From: Octopus vulgaris
Lineage: Eukaryota
DNA: 64,000 bases
Direction: 5' to 3'
Assembly: GCA_951406725.2 (NCBI GenBank)
Contig: OX597818.1
Coordinates: forward strand, 36,332,001-36,396,000
Position numbers and translations under genes: made by a program
The notes under the pieces: generated by a model
Database searches by the model: none
What the model was told of the DNA's origin: nothing
What the model saw: the letters and a program-made list of their open reading frames with translations, nothing else
Part shown: piece after piece, positions 1-17,497 of the stretch
Position numbering within the stretch: the first letter of the stretch is position 1
Layout of the letters: every line of letters begins with the position of its first letter

Positions 1-928
1 GTATATACATGAATACATATATATACATATATACATAAACATATACACACATGTCTGCATAGATACATACTTATATACATATATATATGCATGCATTTAT
101 ATGTACATACACACACACACATTCATTCACACACATACATATACAAGCGCACACAAACACACACATATACGTATACGTACATAGATATGTGTTTGCACAG
201 ATAGATATATGTGTGTATGCGTGTATATATACATACATTTATGTGTGTGTCTCTGTGTGCATGAGGGTGAAAGAGAGGGAGAGAGATGTTTAGATATGCA
301 GTGCACGTGATAATATGATTCTTATATGTATATATGTTGCCACTCAATAGGTATTGGTATGTCTCAGAATTTTCTGGAGAAATTATCTCATTGAATTCGA
401 AAGGTTAGAAGCATAAATGCAAACATATTGATAAATATTTCATGAAATATAGTACTTAAACCAAAAGTTCTATTAAAAAAAAATATTTCTTTACTTTGAA
501 ATATCCCCAATCTTGTCTTACATAAGACAACACAGAGTAATGAGGGCCAACAACTTAAAAAAATATATTTTCAACATGGAAAATGGCTAGAATCTATGAA
601 GTACGTACGGACACTCAAGCCATATATATTCTTAAGCCTTGGAAAATTTTTTACGATGACCTATCTTATATATCTAAGAAAAATATCTACAGAATTTTCC
701 AGATTTTTTAAAATTTTTAGGTATATTTCTTCAGAGTCTGAACATTGTCAAAGAGTCTACACTTCCATTAGAATATTTCGTTGAATATATGCATACATGT
801 AATATGATACACATACACTTACGCATACGAACCTACATTCTTACATGCATATATACATTATTCACACAAATAGACAACGTAGATACATATGTGTATATAC
901 ATTTATATGCATATATAATGAATATATG

Positions 929-979
<51 letters not shown>

Positions 980-1354
980 GCATATATTATATATACCTAT
1001 AATATATATGCTATAATATATATATATAATATAATATGTGTATATATTATATTGCATATATAATATATATATATAAGATGCAGATGTATATATATGTATA
1101 TGAAATATATGTACATATATATTATATACGTAATATATATATATATATACATGTTTGTATGTATGTATGCATGTGTGTAATGTGTGTATATATATATGTA
1201 TATACTGTACTTTAACGACTGTATTATAAATGTTTTTGACAGTTTCAAGAAGACAAACTATCTTCATTAAAGAAAAAGTCTTTCAAATATGTACTCACAG
1301 CTTCCTGGGATTTTCAACACTTCGTGGTTTCGTACCAATATTTTTCAGAACATA

Positions 1355-1395
<41 letters not shown>

Positions 1396-3187
1396 GTATA
1401 TTATAACTGTAAAACGTTGTTCCCAAAAATATATATCTTTTTTTTTTCAATATTAATTCCTTTCCCGGGCTGGTGTTTTCCTTCATTGTTTTTGTTTTTG
1501 TTTTAATTTAATTTCCTCCATATTGTATTATAATATTAATACTTGTCATTTTCCTTTCGTTTTCTACATCATTTCGTTATCAGTTTATGTTATTTTTTGT
1601 GTTACTCTGTACATTTCCAGTCCCCTCAAATTTTCCTTTCCTTCCGCATTTATTTATATTTTCTGGGGTGGTAAGACGATGGACACCATTCTCTTGAAAA
1701 TTCTTTCGTCGTATCCTAGTAAAAACAGAAAAAAAAAATAGAATAAAGGCTATGCATATAATTTCTTCAATGTTGTTGTTTTATATCTCGTGTTACATAA
1801 CTAAAACCAGGCAAAAATTTGAAATGCATTAAGTTTTCATGAATATTTTTCTTTCAAAACCTTTCCTTCAGAACCTAAGAGTCAGTTCTCAGTCATAATT
1901 TATATCTAAAACAATATTAATAATTTTCACAATTAACTGTCACGTTTAATTACATAATTTTCACAAAGCTGAAAGAAATTTTAGTATACGACTTACAGTA
2001 TTATATTTTCTTTTCTCTCGTTGTCGTTGGTATTTTTTATTGTTGTCGTTTTACTCGTAATTTCAAAGTCGTTTTTGTTGTCAATTTTCTCCTTTTTATT
2101 GTTGCAATTGTTATTGTTGGTAACGTTTGTCCTTGTACTTGTCGTCGCTTTCATCGTCGTTGTCATTATTTTTGTTATCTTCGTTTTCTTTTGATGTTTA
2201 AATTTTCCTCGCAAATAATTATTTTCAGAAGCTTTAAAAAAAAAAAGACATGGCGTTTTTACATTTTCACCGACTTCGTTGACACAATTATGTATACAAA
2301 AAATTCATATTCATTCTTATTTCTATTTGTATGTTCTTCCTCGTATTCGAATTATATTCGTTGTTGCTCAGATTGCTTTTGCATTTGTTGTGCGTTATTT
2401 GAAAACTTTCTGTTTGGACTCACTCGTGACGATCGTGTCCACATTCTTCGAAATATCACTCTTAAACAACAATTAGTAAATTCTTGTAAATGTTACAGTA
2501 CAGGTTTAAATGTTTTCTTATATAAAGTGATAGTGAGTGAGATGTATCAGGAGCAATAAGCGAACTATCGTCGTACTTTTATAAGTTGTAAACAAGTAAG
2601 AACATATGGTACAGTGTTAACGTGTGATTTGTTTCTGTTTTAAGTATCTTTTTTTTCCAATATGGCGTTATGATCTTATTGATGAGATACTTTGTCTTCC
2701 TTGTTATGGACACAATCACGACAACTACTACAACTGAATGATATGCTAAACGAGTGTCACATACATATATGCATACACATACATAAATGCATACACAATA
2801 CATACATACATGCGTGCTTAAGTGCGCACGTACGCACGTAAGAGCGTATGTCGTGCTTATGAACTTACATAAGAGATAGACATTGAAGAAACTAATTATA
2901 AACTACTACTACAACAACAGCTACAACAAGAACTACTACTATCTCCCCACCACCAGCACCACTTTTGCCACTGCTACTGCTACTACAACCACCACTACAC
3001 ACACAATTACACATACCCACACGTACTTATATATATTTAATATATACACATATATATATATATATACAGTATATATATATATATATATATACAGTATCTA
3101 TATTTTTATATATATATATATACAGTATGTATATATATTTATAAATACAGTATGTATATATATATTTATATATATATATAAATACAG

Positions 3188-3239
<52 letters not shown>

Positions 3240-3869
3240 CAGTATATATATACAAATGGGGATGTGTGTGTGTGTATTGTGAAAACATACTATCAATACT
3301 TTGTATAGTTTTTCCTATTCTTGTTCCCGTATTCTATTTTCACAATTTATTCTGCATAAAAACAACCTGTTTCGTAGTAGTGTCTTCTAACGTCACTTCC
3401 ATCATTGCCCTTGAGAAAAATATAGTAATGAATAACTTATTATCCTTGGCCGAACCGTTAACGCGTTGGACAAAATGCCCAGCGGCATTCCTTCCGGATC
3501 TTGGTGTTATGAGTTCTAATCCCGCCGAGATTATCTCTACCTTTCATCCTTTCATAACGTACCAGTTATGTACTGGGATCTATATAATTGACATGCTCTC
3601 TCTCTCTCTCTCTCTCCTCAAATTTACTGGCCTTGTACCAAAATCTGAAATTCTTATGTTGATTATTATTGTTATTGTTAGTGTTAATGATCCTGTGGTT
3701 CTTCTTGAAAAGAAAAGTGAGAAAAAGGTGAGAATTGCTCTCCCCAGCAAATTTCTGGAAAAGTGGGCGACCCTGTCAAATATGCTTAGAGTGAATGGAA
3801 AAACCTTAAGTCTGCACGGGTAGAGTGAAGAAGAACAGTTGGGCGAGGGTTTGTGTCACTGGTGATCAG

Positions 3870-4082
3870 AGCGTTCCTGAATATTTTTGTCCCCTTCATG
3901 AGTTGTAGTCTTTCGTAATTTCTCATGTATCATTTATGTGCTGACATATTTCGTATACTACTATGTACACTTTTCATCTCGTCTTCCCATCTCTCCATTT
4001 TCCCCCTGCCCCATTATTTTCATACAAACCGCCAGACTGGCTTTGTAGAGACGCCTTCAACCTTCAATGATGTCCTAGTGAC
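3870..4082 (-). mobile_element. Probable decayed RTE-like LINE 3' end
   Basis: Fragments SLKVEGVSTK and EITKDYNS*R resemble RTE C-terminal motifs (DRxxWR). Heavily disrupted. Confidence 0.35.
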
Positions 4083-4124
4083 AAATAATAGAGATCATCA
4101 TCAACATCATTATCATTATCATTA

Positions 4125-4191
<67 letters not shown>

Positions 4192-4384
4192 TGTATTGGT
4201 TTGGTTCAGGTTCGGTCTCATTCCAGGAAGGAGTTATGTCGGTAGCGGGTTGCGACTTGTAACCTTAGGTATCCACAAGTTTTCAGCAGGTTTTCAAATA
4301 CTTAGAGACCTCCTGATAATCCTTACTGTCCCTAACAGACAAACCTTCTGTAGGAGTTCTACAGGGTATTCTATTTCAATCTCC
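4192..4384 (-). mobile_element. R4/Dong-like RLE retrotransposon 3' tip
   Basis: Minus translation EYPVELLQKVCLLGTVRIIRRSL* plus a short 3' UTR, embedded in (TTA)n on both sides. Confidence 0.8.
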
Positions 4385-4405
4385 TATTATTATTGTTATT
4401 ATTAC

Positions 4406-4471
<66 letters not shown>

Positions 4472-4746
4472 TATTATTATTATCATTATCATTATTATCA
4501 TTATTAATGTGGTGAGCTGGCAGAATCATTGGCTGGCTGGCTGGACGAAATGCTTAGCGGTATTTCGCCCGTCGCTAGGTTCTGACTTCAAATTCTGCTG
4601 GGGGTCAACTTTGCGTTTCATCGTTTTGGGTTGATGAAATAAGTACCAGGGAAATACTGGGGCCGATGTGATCGACTAGTCCCCGCCTTCCCAAAAAAGA
4701 TTTCAGGCCTTGTACCTATTGTAGAAATTACTACTACTATTATTAC

Positions 4747-4817
<71 letters not shown>

Positions 4818-5089
4818 TTTAATCTGCATGTTTGTTACAATCACTTGCCGAGACACGTCCTAGGGCGAGTGAAAGATAAGAGATGTACTGTGTGATGGCG
4901 GGACCGGTAGCACAGTGGACAATTACTTGGCAATTCGTCCGTTTTTATGTTTTGAGTTGAAATTCCGCTAAGGGCGACTGTACATTTTATCCTTTCGAGG
5001 CTGATAAAAGAAGTACCAGTTGAGTACTAGGTGGATGTAATAGATTATCCGCCCTCCAAATTGCTGACCTTGTGCCAAAATTTTAAACC

Positions 5090-5163
<74 letters not shown>

Positions 5164-5428
5164 TACTACTACTATCATTATTGTTGTTATTGTTGCTGTT
5201 GTTGTTGTTGTTATAGTTGTTGTTGATGTTATTTTTGTCACTCGTTAACAGTATTTCGCCCGCCGCTATGTTCTGAGTTCAAATTCAACTGAGGTCGACT
5301 TTGCTTTCAGCCTTTCGAGGTCAATAAATTAAGTACAAGTGAAACACTAGTGTCGATGAAATCGACTAGTCCCCTTCCCCCAAAATTTCAGGCCTTGTAC
5401 CTTTAGTATACATTATCCTCATGATTAC

Positions 5429-5474
<46 letters not shown>

Positions 5475-5927
5475 GAGTGAGCGAACAGAGCATGCCATCA
5501 AAGTGACACTGGGGTAAAATATACAAAGCCCAGTATACCCATCATGACTACCCGTCTGATAAGGGTACACCAGGCACATGCATCACAACCATATGTGCGC
5601 GACATGGTGATCTCATATCAAGATAAACAGCACATGACCTTGCAGGTGGAGCCCAGTTAGAATTTTCTTCAGATCGAGTAACCCATCCCGCTCAAAAGGT
5701 CCCTGAATAAGGGTTGTTTAAGGACGTTGAACGAAACACCCATGTTTCCAGAGGTGAATTATTCAAACCCCAAAGAATCCTTCTCAACACATGGGTATGA
5801 TGCTCCCCCACTACTTCTGCTCGTGATCAGAGATGCACATATCGTCAGCCACTAAGGGACATGCTCAACTGGTTAAGAGCAAACAACTGACAAGCAAATC
5901 TGTGGTATTGAGCAGAATATTTGCTGT
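5475..5927. mobile_element. ~450-bp non-coding insertion splitting an (ATT)n run
   Basis: Sharp GC-richer block with (TTA)n on both sides. No ORF or TIR seen. Confidence 0.5.
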
Positions 5928-5953
5928 TATTATTATTATTATTATTATTATTA

Positions 5954-5987
<34 letters not shown>

Positions 5988-6194
5988 CATTAGACGAAAT
6001 AAGAGGCATAAAAACATAGTTCAACCTTCCGACGTTATAGAAACCAAAGCATGAATCTTATGTGTAATCCTGCGTAGATCCGTGAGTGTAAGTCTTTAGG
6101 TGCAATCCTGCGTATATCCACGTGGGTTAAAGTCCTTATATAGTAGAAACTGCAAGAAAAAAGATGTGAACATATCAACGTTCAATAACTGAAT

Positions 6195-6249
<55 letters not shown>

Positions 6250-6696
6250 ATATATATATACATATATATATGTATATATATATATATGTATATATATATA
6301 TGTATATATATATATGTATATATATATATGTGTATATATATATACATATATATATATATGTATGTATGTATATATATATATGTGCATGTATGTATATATA
6401 TATGTATGTATGTATGTATGTATATATGTATGTATGTATGTATATAGATAGATACGCGGTTGGTCAACAATCACCCGACAGTAAATCAAAATTTCATAAA
6501 TACTATCTGTAATTCTGTATGGACTCGAATGGAAAAATGTGTCACCCAAGGATTTCAGTTTGGACAATTTTCATGATGTGTGATATTTAGATGCTTTTAT
6601 TAAATTCATTCAGCTGTTAAACATAAATAAATCTTAGAATTAAATAGTTTTGATTTTCTGCCAGGTGACTTTTGGCCAATACTCTATATAGAGATG

Positions 6697-6728
<32 letters not shown>

Positions 6729-6829
6729 TGTATGTATGTATGTATGTATGTATGTATGTATGTATGTATGTATGTATGTATGTATGTATGTATGTATAGT
6801 GGTGTGTTTGTATGTAAATGCAACTAACC

Positions 6830-7710
6830 AATCTCTTTGATTAACTACTTTACTACAATCCAACTTAAAATATTTGATGATAGAATTAAATGTAGATATG
6901 TAACGGAAATAGCAGATGAAAAAGCTGGTGTTCAACTGGAAAGAAATGGCGGATGATATTTCAAAAATATAAATATGGCTTTACGGAATGCTTGATAACG
7001 TAATGAAGAAATACGTATCTCTTTTGTTATTAAAAATATTTTAATAATTATTTATGACAAATTATTGTCCATGACGCTTCGAATATAAAATATATAATAT
7101 GAAATATCAACATAATTTTATGATACTATGATATATAAAAGAAAATACTTTCCTCGGTAATTGAACAGGTGTAAGACAAAACTGTGTCCTTTGCCCTTCT
7201 CTGTTTAAGAGCTATGCAACAATTGGGAAGACGAAATTTCCGGAATGCTTCGAAGAAGTGTTAATATTCCTGGAACAATGATTAGAGATGTCAGTTAAAT
7301 CATTGATAATGTTTGTAATTGCCGGTAGCTCAGACGAAGTGAGAGTTTTTATGAATTAATTAAAAGTGATATAAAAGAGAAGTATGATTAATTTGTTAAT
7401 TTTGACGAGATTAAATCAACGATTATCTCAGGAATATGAGATCAAGATAATCCCACAATAATTGGTAACGGAACTGTTAAAGTGGGGTACAAATTTTGGT
7501 AGCTTAGGAGCAATATTAGAAATTAATTCCATTCAAACAATGAGATAAAAATAGGAATTACAAGTTAAAAATTTGTTGTTATAACTTCAAACTGCATTTG
7601 GAAACACCCATCGATACAAAAAGATATCAAAATGAAAATGCTGCAACCGTTGATATTTCCACTAGTCATGTGATTTCTGTACTGAACTCTTAAAAAGCTG
7701 ATAAACATAA
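6830..7710 (+). mobile_element. Decayed RTE-clade LINE RT fragment
   Basis: Broken translation GVRQNCVLCPSLFKSY (cf. GVRQGCILSP), SLGAIL, NNEIK, CIWKHPSIQKDIKMKMLQPLIFPLV, TLKK. Confidence 0.7.
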
Positions 7711-7940
7711 GTTGCCAAGTTCGCGTGTTATTTCAGAAATCTAAGTATTAGCTACATATAAACAATGCAAAATACAAATTGGTATGACTGTAACAAATAA
7801 GAATATAAGTTAGGATTTATAAGAATAGAAATTTGTCAGTGTATGGAAGTGTAGAGGCGAAAATCGAAAAAAATGGACATACAAGGCCCCTAGAATAAAT
7901 AATACAAAATACAATGCACCAGAAATATATATATATATAT

Positions 7941-9411
7941 TTCGTTTTTCGTTTTTCGTTTTTCTTGTTTCAGCTTAGAGCTGCGGCCATGCTGATGCAC
8001 CGCCGTTTTGTGCTACACTGTTATTACTAAGAGCCTCCGCCAATATGTGGCACTTGGTGAAGAATGGAGTTTAATATAGCCACCCTCATTTGCACCTCTT
8101 GCTGTGAGGTAGGTTCATCTGGCACTCTTGACAGGAAGATGTCCAGCTTTGATTTAAAAACCGCTACATCGACTTTGTGCAAGTTCCTCAGACTCTTTGG
8201 AACAATATTAAAAAGCTGTCGGCCCTTGAAACCCAGGCTGTTGTAGTAGCTGGTCCTGAAGCGTGATGGCATTGCTGGGATCTTTGGCACTATGCAGTGT
8301 CGTCCTGTTCTAGCATTAGTGTAGCTTACAATGCCAAAATTTGGCACAATTCCTTCCAGAATCTTCCAGACATATATTACTGCATACCTCTCCCGTCTTC
8401 TCTCCAGGGAGTAGAGTCTTAGCTGTTTCAACCTTTCCCAGTAGCTGAGCTGTTGCAAAGAGACGATCTTCTTTGTGAATTTTCTCTGAATTGATTCAAG
8501 GTCCGCAGTTAATTTCACACTGGTGGGTGACCATAGCTGTGAGCAGTAATCCAAGCGCCTGAGGACGAATGTCAGCCAGTCGTCTGCACTTTGTCACCAT
8601 CCTGGTAATGTGCACTTGGAAAGATGTATCATCACTCATGTCGATACACAGGTCCCTCACAGACTTAGGCTCTGGGATTGAAATTCCCTGTGGACCGGTG
8701 TATCTTGTAAGTTTAATATTCAGTTTTGGATGCTGGTAGAGCAGGGCCTGGAATTTTTCAGCATTAAACTGCATATTATTACCCTCAGCTCATCTGTAGA
8801 TTGAGTCCAACTCCTGCTGCAGGTGTGCAACATCGCTGGAGTTCAGTGTTTTCTGTGAGACTTTCGCATCGTCTGCATAGCTGGCCAGAGTTGCTATCCG
8901 GGCAATTGAGGGCATATCTGAGAGGGCAACTATAAAAAGCAGTGGTCCCAAGACAGTGCCCTGAGGAACACCGCTCACTATTTGTGTGTTCATAGAGGTG
9001 GCTTCATTAACCACTACTGCATGACTCCTATCTTTCAGGAAGTCGTGTAACCACACTCCAAGTATTCCAGTTATGCCGAGGTCACGAAGTTTGTGGCATA
9101 TCATACCATGATCCACCTTGTCAAAAGCTTTTGCAAAATCAAGATAGATTACGTCCACATTTGATTTGTTGAATAACTGCCTCAACACCCAGTCATAATG
9201 TTGTAAGAGCTGGGTCAGGCAGCTTCTATCTGGTCGAAAACCATGCTGGGTATCACTCAGCAAGTTATTTTCCTCAAGGAATGCGATTAGCTTCTTTCTG
9301 ACTATCCGTTCTGTGACTTTGCTGATGTGTGAAGTCAGAGAGATAGGCATATAGTTTTTGGCATCTGCTCTACTTCCCCCTTTATGTATTGGGCATATTA
9401 TTCCCTCCTTC
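7941..9411 (-). mobile_element. Second, shorter 5'-truncated copy of the same LINE
   Basis: ORFs 8790-9411, 8496-8774 and 8027-8554 are nearly identical to the 14-16 kb copy. TGA at 8790, ~59-bp deletion near 8573, (GAAAAAC)n tail, (TA)n on both flanks. Confidence 0.95.
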
Positions 9412-9434
9412 ATATATATATTTATATATATTAT

Positions 9435-10010
9435 TGCATTGCGTTGTGGTGAAAGTTTATAGGCACTCCAAACCACCTACTCGGTCAATAACCAGAAAAA
9501 CAGTTCTGCGAAGAATTATTTGAATAATCCCGTTGACTTACAAAGCATAAGAGATAACTACAATACTTGAAATAATAATATGTGCCCCTTGAACTAGGTA
9601 TGTAATGCTGAAACATAAACCTACTTAGCATCCTCCTACAACACTATGTCAGAATATCAGAGGGTAGCTTCAAAAGCAAGTTTATAAAGTATAATTCTAC
9701 TTTTAGGCATACAGACAAAAGAAATGATTCAGCATATATGGTACTTGAAAACTCGTGCATGATTGTAGCCTACTTCAAATACGTGATTGTGGGCTACAGA
9801 ATCCTTAACATAAGGTACTTGAAAGACCGCAGCATCACCTGATCTCTCCTGCTAGCCGCAAACGAGTGTATCCGTTGTTTAAATTTCTGTAACTTCTGTA
9901 ATGATGAAAATACTTCATCCTTACAAATCAGCAGACATTTTCAGCAAAAATTCAGAACTAAATTCTAAGTACCGTCGTGAAAGCAAATTTATTATTGCCA
10001 ACAACAACTG
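9435..10010 (+). mobile_element. Decayed Penelope-like GIY-YIG C-terminus
   Basis: Frameshifted CPLN.VC, YVRISEGSFKSKF, STFRH, WYLK, CNFCNDE, NSELNSKYRRESKFII*. Confidence 0.75.
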
Positions 10011-10941
10011 AATTATAGGTCTTTTTGAATCTTGACGATAAACGTAAGCATCCAAATCAATTGCGACCGTTTGTTATAATCACGTACACAAACTCCTAAG
10101 ACATGTAGAACAAGATTCATAAATAGCAACCCATCTACGTCCCGCTCCATCAGCAAGCGAGCCAGCCGACCAGGCAACCAGCCTCGTCTAAGAATTTTCC
10201 AAGGAAAAAGGCAGGAAATTTCTCCTAATGGAACGGAGTAAGCTGGAGCTATAATCCGATGTAAGAAATATTCGATCTACAAAGGCATTGAATTTATATT
10301 AACTGTGTTAATATAAACACAATGATAATTAGAAGCACACCATGAACTCCCTGTCTGTCTGTCCCTATGTTTGTCTATCTGGCTCTCTCTCTCTTTCTTT
10401 ATTTCTTCCTCTCTCTTTCTCCTTCTGTTTCCATGTGTGTGCGCGTGTGTGTGTGTATAATTGCCAAAGACCCTTAGAGCCGCAAACGACACATATCTAA
10501 GCACTGGCAGGGGAGATAATCACCCAACAGCGAGTGAGACCACCATACTAGTCTAGTTATGCTTGAAATTAAAGTTCATCAATGGTGACTAATCTATCGC
10601 TGGATTGGTTGGCTAAGTCTAACTGTCAGTATGTAGTATTTGCTATATGAATCAATGGATGGTTCAGGAAAATAGGACACTAAGGGTATTTGACTTTTAT
10701 TTCTAGCAATGTAGCGCCTACACTGCACACCCAGTCACAATTAGGGACAATTGAATTTTTCGTTCTTGGTTTTATATTGCGTATAACCACTTTCGTTGTA
10801 TATATGTGTGTTTGTGTGTTTGTGTGTGTGTGTGTGTGCGTATTTGTGTGCGTGTGTGTGCGTGTGTTCATCGATAAATAGATAGTTAGATAGATAGATA
10901 GATAGATATATAGATAGATAGATAGATAGATAAATAGATTA

Positions 10942-11061
<120 letters not shown>

Positions 11062-11664
11062 TCAACAAAACAAACAAAACATCCTTCTCCTCCAGATTTG
11101 TGTAAGATGCAAAAACATTTTCTGGAAAACGGATTTGATGAATGAGACTCCAGCGTTAATATAGAATTATCAAAAATTCTGACTACGTATTTTTTCTTAA
11201 TGCATACACACACACACACTTAAAATTACGCACCTGTCTTTAATATCGGTTCAGCTAAAACTATATCGCTTTTTGAAAAGATTGTACCAATTTCCACAAT
11301 AATTCTCAATTAATTATATTACTGATCAGTACCTGTTGCTTGTTGCTATGCATGGAGGTAGAAAATACTTGTAGGCATTCAGTTAGATGATGAAAAACAA
11401 CTAATTTCAGAAAAGGTACATAGTCTTTGAATGTTTCCTTTAAAGCCTCTATGTATAATTTCAGAGACTTAGCGGAAACAACTGTTCAACTTGCAACATA
11501 TATTCAGTTTGGGTCGGTAGAATCTTCTGGTACTACATACATGTTCTTGAGAAGTTTTAATTGTTAATTCTAACCTGTAGTTGTTATTTTCTTTGCATGA
11601 TGTAACACTTCACTTCAACGCGTCTGAAACAGCTGTAATGAACCACAATTCGTCTGTTGTTACT

Positions 11665-11710
<46 letters not shown>

Positions 11711-12180
11711 CAAATTTACAGAAAGCAAAAGACGAAGACAGGTGAAGGAAAAACAAGGAAGTGTATGAGTTTAACGCTCAGGAGGAATGGAAAAGTCTTA
11801 GAAGTTTCGAGCATACGCTCTTAGCCAGAGAGGTTTGAGAGGGGGGGAAAACAGTGAGAGAGAAAATATGCAAGGATTAACGGTTCTAAATGATGAAATT
11901 ACCGGAAGAAAGTATAATCTAAATATAAATTGCATGCACGATAAGCAGCTAGTATTTAACACTTTGTATGTTAAGTTTCCGTTTTATTTGATTAGACTTT
12001 ACAGCTGAGTGGGTCATATATGTATATGTATGTATATATATATATATATAAACGAATATTTATATCGATATTAATTTTATTATTATCGAAGTCAATACAA
12101 ATAGTTTATAATAACAACAATATGAGTATAGGTTGTTGTAGGCCTAAAGTGGCATTATATACCTGTAGAATTAAAATTAG

Positions 12181-12340
12181 ATTAATCAAAGGACATTTTA
12201 AAATGTCTACCCGCTAGAAATAAGAGTTAAAATCCTCATTTGGACCTCTGCTTTCAGTGTTAATAATTTTGGGTGGTCCAAATGAGGGTTTTAACTCTTA
12301 TTTCTAGCGGATAGACACTTTAACGTGTCCTTTGATTAAT
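12181..12340. repeat. Inverted repeat (~66-bp arms)
   Basis: ATTAATCAAAGGACA..TTTGGACC / GGTCCAAA..TGTCCTTTGATTAAT. Confidence 0.9.
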
Positions 12341-13193
12341 GTATATATATACATAAATATATATATATATATATATATGTGTCGAACGATCAAAAATGAG
12401 TGCTCAACACCGTATTGTTGGATAGAAATTCTTAACTTGTGTATTAAGGGTATCATTTGTTTCGTGTTAAGAAAAATATTTTAATATCTTAACAATTTTT
12501 CAAGCCAGTCACATGAAGGAATGGTGTTCGCCTCCATTTTAGTTAAAACACATACACACACATACATATACGTACGTATATATGTATGTGTGTGTGTAGA
12601 ATGTTTGAAGTGGTGTACAGATACTGTATATGGAGAAAAAGGAGGCAGTCAGAATTTTGGATAATCCGAAATTAGCACTTTTCGTTCGTTTACGAAGTTG
12701 TCACAACAACATCAAAATCAAGATGTTCAAAACAGAACGTTTGGTTGTTTATTTATGATTTGTATGTTTTTTTAAAAATTTTGTTTAGAAGGGGAGAATA
12801 TATATATATATATATTTGATACAGTATGGACGGATTTTCGAAGTCCAATAATACCCTGCAAACCTATTTGATTATGAAGATTTACAAATATACTTTCTCA
12901 GAAAACTCAATATACCTACCATTATAGATAATACCAAATGTTCCTTTTCGGACTTTTCATAATGTGATACAGGTCTTTGGTATAGCAATTGCATGCGGCT
13001 AAAGAGAGCTTTAAACCATCTGTTATGTCGATTATACATTGATGTAAGAATAAGTTGTTTTATAAAGCTTCAAACACGTGTAGCGCGACATCCTTTGTGT
13101 TCTGTTTTTTATTTCATTTGATACATATATCCTCTCACCTCTGCTACTAGCTGGCATATACAGGTGCTTACATTTATCAAGTATTCACCCTGA

Positions 13194-13263
<70 letters not shown>

Positions 13264-13379
13264 AAAAAAATGGAGAGTCAGAGAAGAAAAAGCAAAGTCG
13301 AGGTAAAAGTAGATCGATAGAGAGGTTTCAGGACAACCAAGAAAGAGGAGTAAAAAAAATAATAATAAAGGATGGGGAA

Positions 13380-13582
13380 AGGATGGAATCAGTCAAACAC
13401 TGCATAGAGAAACATAGACGACAGATAAATAAACGCTTCAAAACTTCATCACGAAAGTCACACACATGTTACTAGAAGAAAACACCTTCAGATTCGATAA
13501 TAAAACATATCGACAAATAAATAGCACGGCTATGGGGACGAGGTTTTCACCCTCATATGCTAACCTATTCATGGGTTACTAT
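13380..13582 (+). mobile_element. Penelope-like RT fragment
   Basis: LLEENTFRFDNKTYRQINSTAMGTRFSPSYANLFMGY. Confidence 0.85.
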
Positions 13583-14020
13583 CCAGTATACTGCTGCTAG
13601 TGTACCCAATTATTAATACCCAAGTGCTGGTTATTGCGTGGCAATTTCACTAATGAGCGTAATAAATGGGCGAGGGTAAAAAGAGGTTTACCCTTAATTT
13701 ATACGGCAAGAAGAAAATAGAGGGGATACAGAAATAGTATACATCAACTGTTATGTCTATTTATTTATTCATTCTAAAACATTTATGAGAATATATACAT
13801 ATGCATAGACTGCGTATTACATGCATACGTACCAGTAATTTATAGAATAGAAGAAGAACAGTTTATACGGCCGTTTCTGCCACGTGGTCACAATACCCTA
13901 CATGATATTTTCATCTCTTCAGTGTTCTGTAGTGATCGGTAGATAAAAATTAGGATATTGGGTGTGTCTCTAATGCATGTATATATAAATATACATATAC
14001 ACAGTCATATATATATATAT

Positions 14021-16612
<2,592 letters not shown>

Positions 16613-16742
16613 CAGTTACCAGTAAGTACAGTACGTTATTCCTATTAAAGAGTGTATAAGAAGGTAATAAGAGTAAAATAGGAGCAATAATATAGAGAGT
16701 GTAGAAAAGAAAAATATATGAAAGGATATATATATATATATT

Positions 16743-16781
<39 letters not shown>

Positions 16782-16782
16782 G

Positions 16783-16813
<31 letters not shown>

Positions 16814-17127
16814 GTGTATATATATATACATGTATGGTAAAATGAGACATACTTATCGACATGGCCGAAACAGCTGTAAGATCTAATTTATACTTGTATT
16901 TATATTCTCTTTTATATATATATTCTACTTATTATACAACATTACTCTTTTATGTACACTTTTTTATGTACATTCCTTTATGTACACTGATTTTTCCTGC
17001 TTTTTATATTTAACCCTACAGTCTCTTATGTGGTGGTTTAATAAAGTATGTGATTGAGTATTATCTGGTAATTGATATTTGATTTAGATGTATATCTCCA
17101 TTTTCTTATCTTGTATATGTATAAATA

Positions 17128-17194
<67 letters not shown>

Positions 17195-17356
17195 ATATAT
17201 ACATACATAGACATACATATTTCATGCGTTAGCTTCCAATATTTATGTTATCACATCTAGTGGTGGAACGATGGGTATCGTCATTTTTAGTAAGTTTTTT
17301 AGGAAGAATGGATTCATGCAGTGGTTCATATTTTGCTTACACACGCACACATACAC

Positions 17357-17406
<50 letters not shown>

Positions 17407-17417
17407 TGAGGAGTCTA

Positions 17418-17497
<80 letters not shown>

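Noticed and set aside
833-1267. Many 60-220 aa ORFs rich in YI, HT, CV, YLSI or poly-L/I/Y (also at 6 kb, 10.7 kb, 19.5 kb, 29-33 kb)
   Set aside because: Translations of microsatellites that lack stop codons, not genes
1230-1280. Hammerhead-like TTAATGA..GAAACTGTC on the minus strand
   Set aside because: Core has two substitutions and no convincing stem I
3266-3823. 185-aa ORF (likewise the 228-aa ORF at 51598-52284)
   Set aside because: Runs through SINE copies and microsatellites, with no protein motif
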